From Pseudomonadota bacterium (GTDB taxonomy: Bacteria; Desulfobacterota; Desulfobacteria; Desulfobacterales; UBA2156): 61,310 bases of DNA. The position numbers and the translations under genes were made by a program. The stretch is taken from positions 1 through 61,310 of the forward strand of contig JAZDGS010000023.1 in assembly GCA_043806755.1 (NCBI GenBank), written 5' to 3'. Numbering within the stretch: position 1 is the stretch's first letter; each line of letters starts with the position of its first letter. The notes under the pieces are model-generated. The model had not been told where the DNA came from. It ran no database searches and was given only the letters and a program-made list of their open reading frames with translations. This document shows positions 9,274-18,879 of this stretch, in pieces.

Positions 9274-9855
9274 ATGAAAAAACGATTCATCGTCGTCCTG
9301 GCTCTGCTTTGCGGATGTACGCTGGCAGAGGTTAAGGTGGACGTATTGAGCGAACGGACGGCCCTTGAAAATCAGATTCTCGGGACGTATAACACCCTTG
9401 ACCGTGAGATGTTGCTTCTGGCCTCGGTCCGCAGCGTCGATTCCTCCGGCCGTATCGCATCTCCACAAAAGCAGAGCCGGGAACATCAGGATGCCGTTTC
9501 CGCCATGCAGGTCCAGGCATTTCATTCCGACGATTTGCAGCTCTTTAAACGGCTTCAATGGGTGGGAGAAAACAACCACGGTCTTTTAACCATGTTTCCA
9601 ATGACACGGGAGAATATCCCTGATGATCTAAAGCCCCCTGCGATGCGATTCACCCAAGAAGAGTTCGAATCCGTGGTCTCTCAGATCAATGCCGCCAGAG
9701 AAACCATTATGGCGCGGGTCGTTTCGATGAACGAAACCATACCCGGCTCGGACCTTTCAAAAATCCGTGACATTTTCGGGAAACTCAATGCTGAAAACGC
9801 ACGCCCGGGAGAAAAAATTCAAACCGAAGACGGCAAATGGACAATTAAGAGATGA
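9274..9855 (+). CDS. YdbL/DUF1318-like lipoprotein
   Basis: Likely start at ATG 9274 (AAGGA upstream). Lipobox MKKRFIVVLALLCG-C; motifs RTALENQILG, VGENNHGLL, INAARETIM and GEKIQTEDGKW are typical of DUF1318. Confidence 0.75.
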   Translation: MKKRFIVVLALLCGCTLAEVKVDVLSERTALENQILGTYNTLDREMLLLASVRSVDSSGRIASPQKQSREHQDAVSAMQVQAFHSDDLQLFKRLQWVGENNHGLLTMFPMTRENIPDDLKPPAMRFTQEEFESVVSQINAARETIMARVVSMNETIPGSDLSKIRDIFGKLNAENARPGEKIQTEDGKWTIKR

Positions 9856-12800
9856 AAATCGCGAGTTCCATTTTTTTCATATTCTTTTGGTTACCGGGTA
9901 TTGCGGCGACGGCGGCCGATTCCATCCCCTCCATGCTCAATTCTCCGGTGCAAATCACCGCCGAAGCGGACCCTATCGAATACGCATCGGTTTCCGCGGA
10001 TGGAAAATACCTCGTTTATGTTTCCAGGCGTGAACAGTTCACGGATCTGTGGCTTCGTTCAGCCAACCCTTCGGTGGTCTTTTTCCCGAGACGCCTTACC
10101 GAAGATCCGGCTGAGGAGGCGACCCCCGCCATATCTCCGGATGGACGGTTTGTCGCTTACGTCGGGACCGGATACGATGTCAAGGGCGATATTTATCTTT
10201 TGGATTTAAGAGAGAAACAGCCGACACCCTTGCGTTTAACCGACAGGGAGACCGAAGACGGAGCCCCCTCTTTTTCCAGAGACGGAAGGCGAATCTATTT
10301 TCACCGGAAAAAGCCGGACGACCCGATTCGACGGATCGCCTTTATGGAGATCGGTCCGGAGCGGACCGTGAGTCGCCCGATTCCGCAGGTTCAGACCATA
10401 CCGTTCGATGGCGATGCCGCGTTTCCGTCTGTTTCCCCGGATGGATTCCGGATCGCATTTATCTCCTATCAGACAAGCCCTTCCGGAACCCTATTTGTCT
10501 TAGACTTAAAAACCAACACGGCAGCGCCGCTGACATCGGGACCCTATCCGGATTTTTTCCCCGCCTGGTCCAATGATGGCACATATCTCCTGTTTACCAG
10601 GAACGCATACGACACCAACAGCGACGGCATGATCGATACCAGAGACAACGCGGCCATATTCCGGATCAGTGTCGATGATGCCGAACCACACCCTTATCCA
10701 TTGACATCTGCCCGTTTTTCCTGCTCCCAGCCGATCCCTATCCCCAACGGGTTCTACTTTCTTTCCAACCGAAAAGGGGTGAGCAACGCCTGGTTTCTTC
10801 CCCCCGAAGGAGAGGTCCCGAACAGGGATCATCCCTTGGATCAACTGAATCTTGCCGATCGCATATCCGCGGATCTTCACCGCGATTCTTTTCTTGCGCA
10901 TGCCGCCTACGGCAGGGTTCTGGAACGATATCCAAATCGGGCCGATGTTTCGGCCCCCGCTGCGTATCGCCTCGGCAACTTGTTGTTAAAGATGAATATG
11001 CCCGACGAGGCTGATCATTCATATCAGCGGATCATCGACAGGTATCCCGGCAAGAATCCCGAATCCGATCTTTCGGCAATTCAACAAATCGTCATTCAAA
11101 CCACTCGTCGAATAAAAACCGTCCAAAACGAATCGGACCGGAGCCTCATCCTCCAGGAAGGGATTTCACGACTCAGTGATATCGTCACAGGGAAGGACCC
11201 GTTCATCGTTTCCGGCTCCCGAATTGAACGAGCCAGGCTTCTCATGGAGTTTTCCGGCCGGTCGTCCGATCTTCTTTTAGCGATCCGGTTTACCGAAGAT
11301 GTGATCGGGGACGCGCATTCAGCGCCGGATCAGATTGCCCAAGCCATGGTGATCAAAGGAGATATTTACGCCCGGATCGGAAAAGTTGAGAACGTCTATC
11401 CGATTTACCTTTCCATTCTTAAAACCTATCCCGGAATAGATCCCTGGGCGGATGCCGCGTTGAAGCGTCTGCTGGATCTTGTCATTTCTCAAAAAGCAGC
11501 CTCTTTTTCAGGCGACACGATCGGCCTGTTCCGGAAAATCGCGGATGACAACCGGAAGGAGGTTCCGATCCTTTCCGCGGGTGCATTGAACCGGATCGGC
11601 GACCTGTACTATGAAGCCGGCGAATGGTCGAAAGCCAAGAGCGCTTACGAACAGGTCCTCGAACAATTTCCAACTTCAACGCCTCAGACGGCGGCCGCCA
11701 GGCTGGCCCTTGCCGAGATCTTATATAAGGAAGAGAGGTTTCGCTCAGCCCTTGATCTGTATGAAAAAGAGATCCGAAATCGGCCTGAAGACGATCGAAT
11801 CTACGCTCTTGCCCGCAGAGGGTATATTCAAAAATCGATTGAAGGTGGAAAATACCTTTTTCAACTGGGAGAAATCCACACGGCAAGAAAAGTATTTAAG
11901 GAGATGATCGATTTTGACGATACCATCGTCGCCGCTCATAGGGGATACATTCAGTGCGCTGCCGCCCAACAGGATCTGAAAGGGGTGTTGAGATCCTACC
12001 GGGTGAAAATGAAGAAAAATCCGAATGATGCCGTCGCCGTTTATGCGGTTGCCTTGATCCTCACCTACCTCGAAGATCAAAGATCCCTTGAAGAAGCGAA
12101 AGCCCTGTTATTGCGGGCGATCACCATCAACGGTCAGATTGAATATTTTCATCAGACCCTTGGATACATCCAGGAAGTTCTTGAAACGGCATTCCACCGC
12201 TCCGGCCGGCTGGAGACGGCGCTGGATTCCTATCAAAAAGCCTATTTTCTAAACGACCCGGTACAAAACCCGTCCAATCATGCTGATCTACTTCTCAATC
12301 TGGGAAACGTTTATTTTCTTTTGGGGCAAAATGCCAAGGCCTTCCATTTTTTCAGCGAACGCCTCAATACCGGAAAACCGTTTCCTCACTCCAGCGCTGC
12401 GGTTCTATTTTACAAGCGGCTGGGGATGAGCGCTTTTCATGTGAGGGAAAGCGAAAAAACCATCAACGCGTTTGAAAAAGCGATCGAATTGATCGACAAG
12501 GGGGTGAACCAACCGGAGGTCTCACATTACCTGGATCGAAATCACCGGTATGTGATGGATCAGATCCTTCCGGCCGTTGAACAAAACGGTCGTCTCTCCG
12601 GGAAGGTGAAAGAGATTGCCGAACAACAGTCCGAAACCGGCCAGTCCCTTTCCGGGCTTATTCAACATTATGCCCCTCCTCCATCAACGGAATGGCGGGT
12701 ATTTCAGAAAGGCGTCGAAAAACTGATCGATAATCAAGAAAAGATCAACGACAAGGCGATCCTTCTCCTGAAGGGACGGCCGATCCAAGGCGCTTCCGGT

Positions 12801-15800
12801 CGGCCGGATCCGGAAGAGGCGCAACGGATGATGACGGTGATGACATCAAAGGCCAAAGACGCCGTGCGGTTTTCCGAAAAAATGATCGGCCTGAAAGCCG
12901 AACTTCTTGATCGACTTGGGCTGGTATATCAGGACTCAGGTGCCTTTGAAAAGGGCGTCGCTGCTTTCGAAAAAACGATGGCGTTAAACGAGAACCTGGG
13001 TCAGTTCAAAAACCTTTCCAGGAATAAACGATCCATCGCCTATAACCGCTACCTTCTGGCGAACACCCTTTCGGGTGATCGCCGGAGAGCGGAATTAAGA
13101 AAGGCCATAACCGATTTTCAGGAGACCCTTTCCCTCTTGGACCGCTACGGCGTTCCGGATCCATCCGAAACCGGCGGAAAGGGATTGCAGCAGATCGACC
13201 TGCGGATGGCCGTTGATGAAAGCGATACGACGGAAGCGGGAAAAGGATTTTCGAAAGAGCAGGAAAAACGGCTCGCTGAATCCTTTATTGCACGGATCAG
13301 CCTCGAGTTGGGAGATGTCAATTCAGCCGAAAAAGCGCTCATGGAGCAATTGGCGTTCTATCAAACCAAACAACAGATCTCGGACCGGGATGCCTTCGGC
13401 GTTTCCCTCCTGTATCATCGGGCAGGCCATATTAACAGCGCCAAAGGAGATTGGACAGGGGCATTTAACCATTTCAGGCAATCGGCTGTCCTGTCGCTCC
13501 AGATTAAAAATACCGCCAACGCCGCCATTAGTGCCGTCAACATGGCCAAAGCCCTCTCAATTCTTTTCGTTGCCGGGTCCGAACACATTCAATTTGAAAG
13601 AGAACTTGAATCGATCGACAATGAGGTGCTTTATCTCTTTTCTCAACCGGCTCTAGCGCCGCCCAAACCGGCTCAGGCCGATTATCACAATGCATTGGGA
13701 TTCTATCTGGCTAGACACAATCGGATGCCCAAATCCGATCTGAAACATGCCGCCACTGCCGCACGGCTTTTGCAAAGAGCCGGAATCCATTTTGCCGCCG
13801 GAATCCGGTTGCTCGAAGGAGAGGCGACGATCCGCAGCCGGAAGGAGATCGCTCTTTATTCAAGCCTGAACCTCAATATGGCCGCAATCGCACTTGATAT
13901 GGGCGATATGTCGACCGCCTATGCGCTTTACGAAAAAGCACTTGCTCTATCCGAGGCCGGACTTTTGCCGGACATCCGCTGGCGGGCCCTGATCGGACTT
14001 GGGCGACCGGATGAAGCCATCAAGGTCTTAGAATCGATTACCATTCTGCGCGCCGGATGTTCCGAGGGCGAAATCATTGAGGCGTTTGAGAAAAAGGCGG
14101 CTGATCTTATTGCTGAAAAACGGTTTGAAGAGGCGTTCAATTGGATTGAACGGCTATCTGATATCGAACGGTTTCATCGCCTGGCATCATTGATCAATCC
14201 GTTTTCGGAAAATGAACGGCTGCTGTTTAGAAAGATCTTCACTCAGCTGAACCGGATTCATGAACTAAAACGCGAGATTTCCTCACCGGACCCCCAGGGG
14301 AGACGACTTTTTTCCCAACAACTGAAGCTCGAAGAAGCACATCTCCAGGACCTTCTGGGTAAAAATAATAAAAATATACCTGATCTGATCAGGCTTCTCC
14401 CGGAACAGAAATTTCAAGAGCAGGCCATGATGCTGGTCGGTATCGCTTCTGAAGCTGAATCCGCCGCGGACGACTATGTTCAACACGGGAGGCCGGCAGA
14501 CCTTCTTATGAAATACGAAAAACTGGTTGCCCAATATAAGGAACAAATAGAGAGCGCTTTGGCATCTGCAGAGAGTGATTCAAGGTCAAACCCCATCAGC
14601 CTTTTCGGCCCACAGCGTTTTGAGGCCGTAGATGTCATGGATCATCTTCCCGAAGGGACGACATTTATCCGGCTATTTCAATTCAAGCATGGTCAACGCT
14701 CTTCGGAAAAGCGTGCACTCTCCTTCATTCTGGATCCGGATCGGTTAGGCATCTCCTTTTGGGGTTCCATTTCAGAGGCGCTATCGAATTCGAAGATTCA
14801 AAAAACAGGCAACCATCCGGTCTACATCGCCTATGACCATCTCGACGAACTGTCGCCCGAAGCAATCGAGGCGGCGAATCCGGATGCATTCGTATTAAGT
14901 GCCGGCCATTTCATCCGATCTGCGATCAGCAAAAAGCCGTTTAAGCGATCCGTTTTTGCGATTCCGGAGTTATCACAACCGTTTCGTGCTTACGAGGTTT
15001 TGAAAGAACCGGATCCTTCAGATCCGGAGTCGGACCGCTTTCCGCAAGGATTTCATACCCTGATCCTTTCCGCACCGGTCTCACTTACCCATACGGTTCC
15101 AACGCGTCCGGGAGAATCGGCAATCCCTTCTGCCGTCGTGGATCGTGAGAGTGGAAAACGAACGGACATCTTCGAACTTCTCGGCCGTCTTTCCCAAAGT
15201 TCGCTTTCCATTGTTTCAAATGCATCCCCTGGAAATGCTTACTGGGTCGGACATTTATTTTCGATTTTCGGCTGCCCCACCATCATCCTTGCGTTAACAC
15301 CCGATGCCGACGGCGCATTCGTCAACTCCTTTTTAGATCGATATTCGCAGAGTTCGGCGCTCGAGGCGATCCGTGGAGCCAAAGCGCCTCCGGGCGGGAA
15401 AAGCCATTGGCTCCTTCTCGGGAATCCCGGCATGTCGCCTGGGGATGCAACAGTGTTTGCCCGCAAGCATTTTATCGCCTATGTTCAAAAAGCGAAAAAA
15501 GCTTACGAAAATCAAGCTCCGGCCGAAGCCCTTTTGCATTTTGAAAACGCCATCCTGATCGGATCCGAAGCGGATTCATTCGAGACTTATCGCCCTGCCC
15601 TTTACCAGTATGCCCGTGAGAGCGCTCATCAGGCGGGAAACCGGGAAAAGGCCCTGTATTACGCACAGGCCCTTGTTCAATGGCTGGGCGGGAAAAAATC
15701 CGGCACCGACGCCCACGCCGAAGCGCTTCTCCGACTGGGCCTTCTCCAGGCTCAATCGGAGATGTTTAACACGGCGGTGGAAACGTTGAACCGATCCCTT

Positions 15801-18317
15801 GGCATTTACGCCACTCTAAACATGACGCCCCGGCAGATCGAAGCCCTATCAGGACTAGGCGTTGTTTCCGAACAGGCAACCGAATATGATCGCGCGCTCT
15901 CTTTTTTTCAGTCGGCCGCCTCCTTAAGCCGGTCTTCCGATCAGAGAGACCATCTGGCGCGGCAATATACGAACATCGGACGGCTCCACGATCTTCGGTT
16001 GAGCAACTACATCCCGGCAATTGAAAATTATCAAATAGCCCTCTCGCTTTACCGGGAAATGAATACCGGAAACCAAAAAAGAGCGGATATATCCCAATCC
16101 CTGCTGAACATTGGACGCTGCCATCGCCTCCTCGGCAACCTGATCCAGGCTGAGAAGACCTTTGACGAGGCTCTGTCCAGCATCGGGCCTGAATCCTTGC
16201 ACCCGGAACTGTATACAAAAATCGTCATCGAACAGGCCAATAACGCGTGGTACAGGGCCAACTATGAAGACGCCTTTAAGAAACAACGCACCGCCCTGCG
16301 GATCGCACGGGAAAAAAATCTACCGTTACTGCAGGTCGTTTCTCTGAATACGGCCGGTCTTTTGTGGTGGACTCTTGGGGAAAATCAAAAAGCTCTTGAC
16401 GAACTGAAGGAAGCGCTCTCTTTGGCTGAAACACTTCGGGTTCGGGAGGATGAAATTGCCACAACGTTGAATAATATCGGATTCGTGCGCCGTGAAATGG
16501 GACATTACCAGGAAGCGCTAAAGTACTTTGATGAAGCCATCACCATCGACCGGAGGCTGAAATCAAGATGGGCCTTGGCCTACGATTTTCGGCATAAAGG
16601 AGTGACGTTGGCCAGAATGGGGGACATTCAAAGAGCCCTTCCCCTGTTAAAAAGCGCTCTCGAAGAAGCGGCGGCTATCGGAAACCGGATCAACGAATCG
16701 AGATCCCAGCTCGATTTGGGAGATGCCTTCTTTGCCGGCGGAAACTTTCGTGAGGCGGAGACCGCCTATCAGGCGGCATTGTCCCTTTCGCGCTCCATCG
16801 CTTTGCGTGAGGTCGAATGGCGCGCTTTATATGGACTCGCTATGCTCCGGCTGCCCGGAAAGCCGGATGAAGCAAAACCTCTTCTGATTGAGGCGATGGA
16901 TATGATCGAAACGATCCGTTCGAATATCCGGTTGTCCCAGCTTAAAGACAGCTTCCTCACTAATAAACTGGCTGTTTATGAAACGCTTTGCCGGCTTTTT
17001 GCCGACTCCGGCGATGCCGAAAAAGCATTCGAGATCGCCGAGCGCTCCCGTTCCCGAAATTTCATCGATCTTTTGGGAAATCAACGGCTGACCTTAAGCC
17101 GCACCGTCGATCAGCAGTTGTATCAGCGACAGTTGAAGCAAAACGAGCAGATAGAAGAACTGACGGCCCGCCTTCTGCAGGTGCAAAATTCCAATGATCG
17201 GAGAAGATATGAAGCCGCCCTTGCTTCGGCAAAACGTGAATTGAATACCCTGATGCTTGAAATTCAATCCAAAAACCCTCAACTGGGATCCCTGGTATCG
17301 GTTGAGCCGATGAGTGCGAAGGAACTCGTCAAGATCGTCGAACCGGATACGGCGCTTCTTGATTATTATATTCTGAATGAAGAGCTGTTCTGCTGGCTTA
17401 TTCAGTCGAATGGAATCCGCTTATTCCGCACTCCCATAAACCGGGAAGTACTGGGATCGTCCATACTCGATTATCGCCGGCGTATCCAAAACCTGGAACC
17501 TTTCGAAGACCTCTCGAAACTTCTTTTCAAAAAGCTCCTTTCGCCGGTTTCCAAGCATCTTGACGGAATCAAGATGCTTGGAATTATTCCTTACGGGTAT
17601 CTTCACTACCTGTCGTTCGCCACGTTATCAGATGGAAACGATTATCTGATCGATCGCTTTCCGCTGTTTTATCTTCCGAGCGCCGGGGTGTTCAAATACA
17701 CGATGGCCAAACGGGTCGCTCAAAAAAAATTAAGGGTACTCGCAATCGGAAACCCGGATCTCGGAGATCCTGCCTTTGACCTCCCCTTTTCCGAATATGA
17801 GGTTCACTCCATGAAGTGGAATTTCCCGGACATCACCATTTTGACCCAAGAACGTGCGACCGAGAAATGGGTCGTTGACAATATCGGAAAATTTGGAATA
17901 ATTCACCTGGCATCGCACGGGGAATTTAATCCCATTAATCCCCTTTTTTCATCGGTTAAACTTGCCAGGGATATCGAACGGGATGGGAACCTGGAAGCCG
18001 CTGAAATTTTTGGACTCAATATCGATGCGGATATCGTGGTCTTAAGCGCCTGTCAGACAGGACTTGGAAAGGTGACTCAAGGAGACGATGTGATCGGATT
18101 GACCCGGGCGTTTCTCTATGCCGGAACCCATACCCTTATATCCAGTCTATGGCGAGTCAGCGATATTTCAACCGCCATATTGATCAAAGAATTCTATCGC
18201 CAATATGCTCAGACCGCTAAAGGAATCGGGTTAAGGAATGCCGTATTACATGTTAAAAACCGCTACCCGCATCCGGGATACTGGGGAGCGTTTACCCTGA
18301 TTGGAGACTATTACTGA
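9852..18317 (+). CDS. Giant exported PD40/TolB beta-propeller + TPR + CHAT (caspase-like) protease, 2821 aa
   Basis: Signal-peptide-like N-terminus; repeated P(A/S)xS(P)DG PD40 motifs; many TPRs; C-terminal CHAT with IHLASHG (His2689) and VVLSACQTG (Cys2734), SLWRVSD and HPGYWGAF. ATGA overlap with the upstream gene. Confidence 0.9.
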   Translation: MKIASSIFFIFFWLPGIAATAADSIPSMLNSPVQITAEADPIEYASVSADGKYLVYVSRREQFTDLWLRSANPSVVFFPRRLTEDPAEEATPAISPDGRFVAYVGTGYDVKGDIYLLDLREKQPTPLRLTDRETEDGAPSFSRDGRRIYFHRKKPDDPIRRIAFMEIGPERTVSRPIPQVQTIPFDGDAAFPSVSPDGFRIAFISYQTSPSGTLFVLDLKTNTAAPLTSGPYPDFFPAWSNDGTYLLFTRNAYDTNSDGMIDTRDNAAIFRISVDDAEPHPYPLTSARFSCSQPIPIPNGFYFLSNRKGVSNAWFLPPEGEVPNRDHPLDQLNLADRISADLHRDSFLAHAAYGRVLERYPNRADVSAPAAYRLGNLLLKMNMPDEADHSYQRIIDRYPGKNPESDLSAIQQIVIQTTRRIKTVQNESDRSLILQEGISRLSDIVTGKDPFIVSGSRIERARLLMEFSGRSSDLLLAIRFTEDVIGDAHSAPDQIAQAMVIKGDIYARIGKVENVYPIYLSILKTYPGIDPWADAALKRLLDLVISQKAASFSGDTIGLFRKIADDNRKEVPILSAGALNRIGDLYYEAGEWSKAKSAYEQVLEQFPTSTPQTAAARLALAEILYKEERFRSALDLYEKEIRNRPEDDRIYALARRGYIQKSIEGGKYLFQLGEIHTARKVFKEMIDFDDTIVAAHRGYIQCAAAQQDLKGVLRSYRVKMKKNPNDAVAVYAVALILTYLEDQRSLEEAKALLLRAITINGQIEYFHQTLGYIQEVLETAFHRSGRLETALDSYQKAYFLNDPVQNPSNHADLLLNLGNVYFLLGQNAKAFHFFSERLNTGKPFPHSSAAVLFYKRLGMSAFHVRESEKTINAFEKAIELIDKGVNQPEVSHYLDRNHRYVMDQILPAVEQNGRLSGKVKEIAEQQSETGQSLSGLIQHYAPPPSTEWRVFQKGVEKLIDNQEKINDKAILLLKGRPIQGASGRPDPEEAQRMMTVMTSKAKDAVRFSEKMIGLKAELLDRLGLVYQDSGAFEKGVAAFEKTMALNENLGQFKNLSRNKRSIAYNRYLLANTLSGDRRRAELRKAITDFQETLSLLDRYGVPDPSETGGKGLQQIDLRMAVDESDTTEAGKGFSKEQEKRLAESFIARISLELGDVNSAEKALMEQLAFYQTKQQISDRDAFGVSLLYHRAGHINSAKGDWTGAFNHFRQSAVLSLQIKNTANAAISAVNMAKALSILFVAGSEHIQFERELESIDNEVLYLFSQPALAPPKPAQADYHNALGFYLARHNRMPKSDLKHAATAARLLQRAGIHFAAGIRLLEGEATIRSRKEIALYSSLNLNMAAIALDMGDMSTAYALYEKALALSEAGLLPDIRWRALIGLGRPDEAIKVLESITILRAGCSEGEIIEAFEKKAADLIAEKRFEEAFNWIERLSDIERFHRLASLINPFSENERLLFRKIFTQLNRIHELKREISSPDPQGRRLFSQQLKLEEAHLQDLLGKNNKNIPDLIRLLPEQKFQEQAMMLVGIASEAESAADDYVQHGRPADLLMKYEKLVAQYKEQIESALASAESDSRSNPISLFGPQRFEAVDVMDHLPEGTTFIRLFQFKHGQRSSEKRALSFILDPDRLGISFWGSISEALSNSKIQKTGNHPVYIAYDHLDELSPEAIEAANPDAFVLSAGHFIRSAISKKPFKRSVFAIPELSQPFRAYEVLKEPDPSDPESDRFPQGFHTLILSAPVSLTHTVPTRPGESAIPSAVVDRESGKRTDIFELLGRLSQSSLSIVSNASPGNAYWVGHLFSIFGCPTIILALTPDADGAFVNSFLDRYSQSSALEAIRGAKAPPGGKSHWLLLGNPGMSPGDATVFARKHFIAYVQKAKKAYENQAPAEALLHFENAILIGSEADSFETYRPALYQYARESAHQAGNREKALYYAQALVQWLGGKKSGTDAHAEALLRLGLLQAQSEMFNTAVETLNRSLGIYATLNMTPRQIEALSGLGVVSEQATEYDRALSFFQSAASLSRSSDQRDHLARQYTNIGRLHDLRLSNYIPAIENYQIALSLYREMNTGNQKRADISQSLLNIGRCHRLLGNLIQAEKTFDEALSSIGPESLHPELYTKIVIEQANNAWYRANYEDAFKKQRTALRIAREKNLPLLQVVSLNTAGLLWWTLGENQKALDELKEALSLAETLRVREDEIATTLNNIGFVRREMGHYQEALKYFDEAITIDRRLKSRWALAYDFRHKGVTLARMGDIQRALPLLKSALEEAAAIGNRINESRSQLDLGDAFFAGGNFREAETAYQAALSLSRSIALREVEWRALYGLAMLRLPGKPDEAKPLLIEAMDMIETIRSNIRLSQLKDSFLTNKLAVYETLCRLFADSGDAEKAFEIAERSRSRNFIDLLGNQRLTLSRTVDQQLYQRQLKQNEQIEELTARLLQVQNSNDRRRYEAALASAKRELNTLMLEIQSKNPQLGSLVSVEPMSAKELVKIVEPDTALLDYYILNEELFCWLIQSNGIRLFRTPINREVLGSSILDYRRRIQNLEPFEDLSKLLFKKLLSPVSKHLDGIKMLGIIPYGYLHYLSFATLSDGNDYLIDRFPLFYLPSAGVFKYTMAKRVAQKKLRVLAIGNPDLGDPAFDLPFSEYEVHSMKWNFPDITILTQERATEKWVVDNIGKFGIIHLASHGEFNPINPLFSSVKLARDIERDGNLEAAEIFGLNIDADIVVLSACQTGLGKVTQGDDVIGLTRAFLYAGTHTLISSLWRVSDISTAILIKEFYRQYAQTAKGIGLRNAVLHVKNRYPHPGYWGAFTLIGDYY

Positions 18318-18330
18318 ACGCGTACATCCA

Positions 18331-18879
18331 ATGGATTTTTTGAAGAGGAACGCCATGCGTCGAAACATGTTTACCGGATGGGGGCTTTTTTTATTGGTTC
18401 TTTTTGCTTTTGGCCGGGCAGCGGCCGGAGAGAAGGGGTGGGTCTCCTCTTATGATGCCAAATTAAAAGCCGAAAAAAGCGCTTCATCTGAAACCGTCGC
18501 CACCCTCCCCCTTGGGACGGAACTTCTCGTTTTTTCTTTTGACGACCGCTGGTACCATGTTTCCACGGCCGACGGAAAAAAAGGATTTTTGTACCGAGGC
18601 AGGGTTTCCTTTGAACCGCCCGCCGTCGCTCAGAGCAAGGGTGGGGAAGACCCTCTGGGAAAATTGCTGAGCGGCGTTACAGACAGCGGTATCAAAGGGG
18701 ATAGTGCTGATACGTCAAGAAGCATCCGGCCGCTTACGGTTGAAAAGGAGAAAAAAGGGGAATCCAGGGATGAACAAGTCCTTCAGGAGGAACTCAACCA
18801 TCTCCTTTCCCGGAGAATTACAAGCTCCCAGATCGACCGGTTTCTTCAGGAGGGAAAAGTCGGCGAGTATGGGGAGTAG
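18331..18879 (+). CDS. Exported SH3b-like domain protein
   Basis: Signal peptide (FLLVLFAFGRAAA); SH3b-like pattern AKLKAEKSASSETVATLPLGTEL...WYHVSTADGKKGFLY. Start is uncertain (18331 or 18355). Confidence 0.75.
   Translation: MDFLKRNAMRRNMFTGWGLFLLVLFAFGRAAAGEKGWVSSYDAKLKAEKSASSETVATLPLGTELLVFSFDDRWYHVSTADGKKGFLYRGRVSFEPPAVAQSKGGEDPLGKLLSGVTDSGIKGDSADTSRSIRPLTVEKEKKGESRDEQVLQEELNHLLSRRITSSQIDRFLQEGKVGEYGE

Noticed and set aside
9852-18317. CRISPR-associated TPR-CHAT (Craspase/Csx29-like)
   Set aside because: No cas genes or repeat-spacer array in the window, and the protein has an export signal and PD40 propeller.
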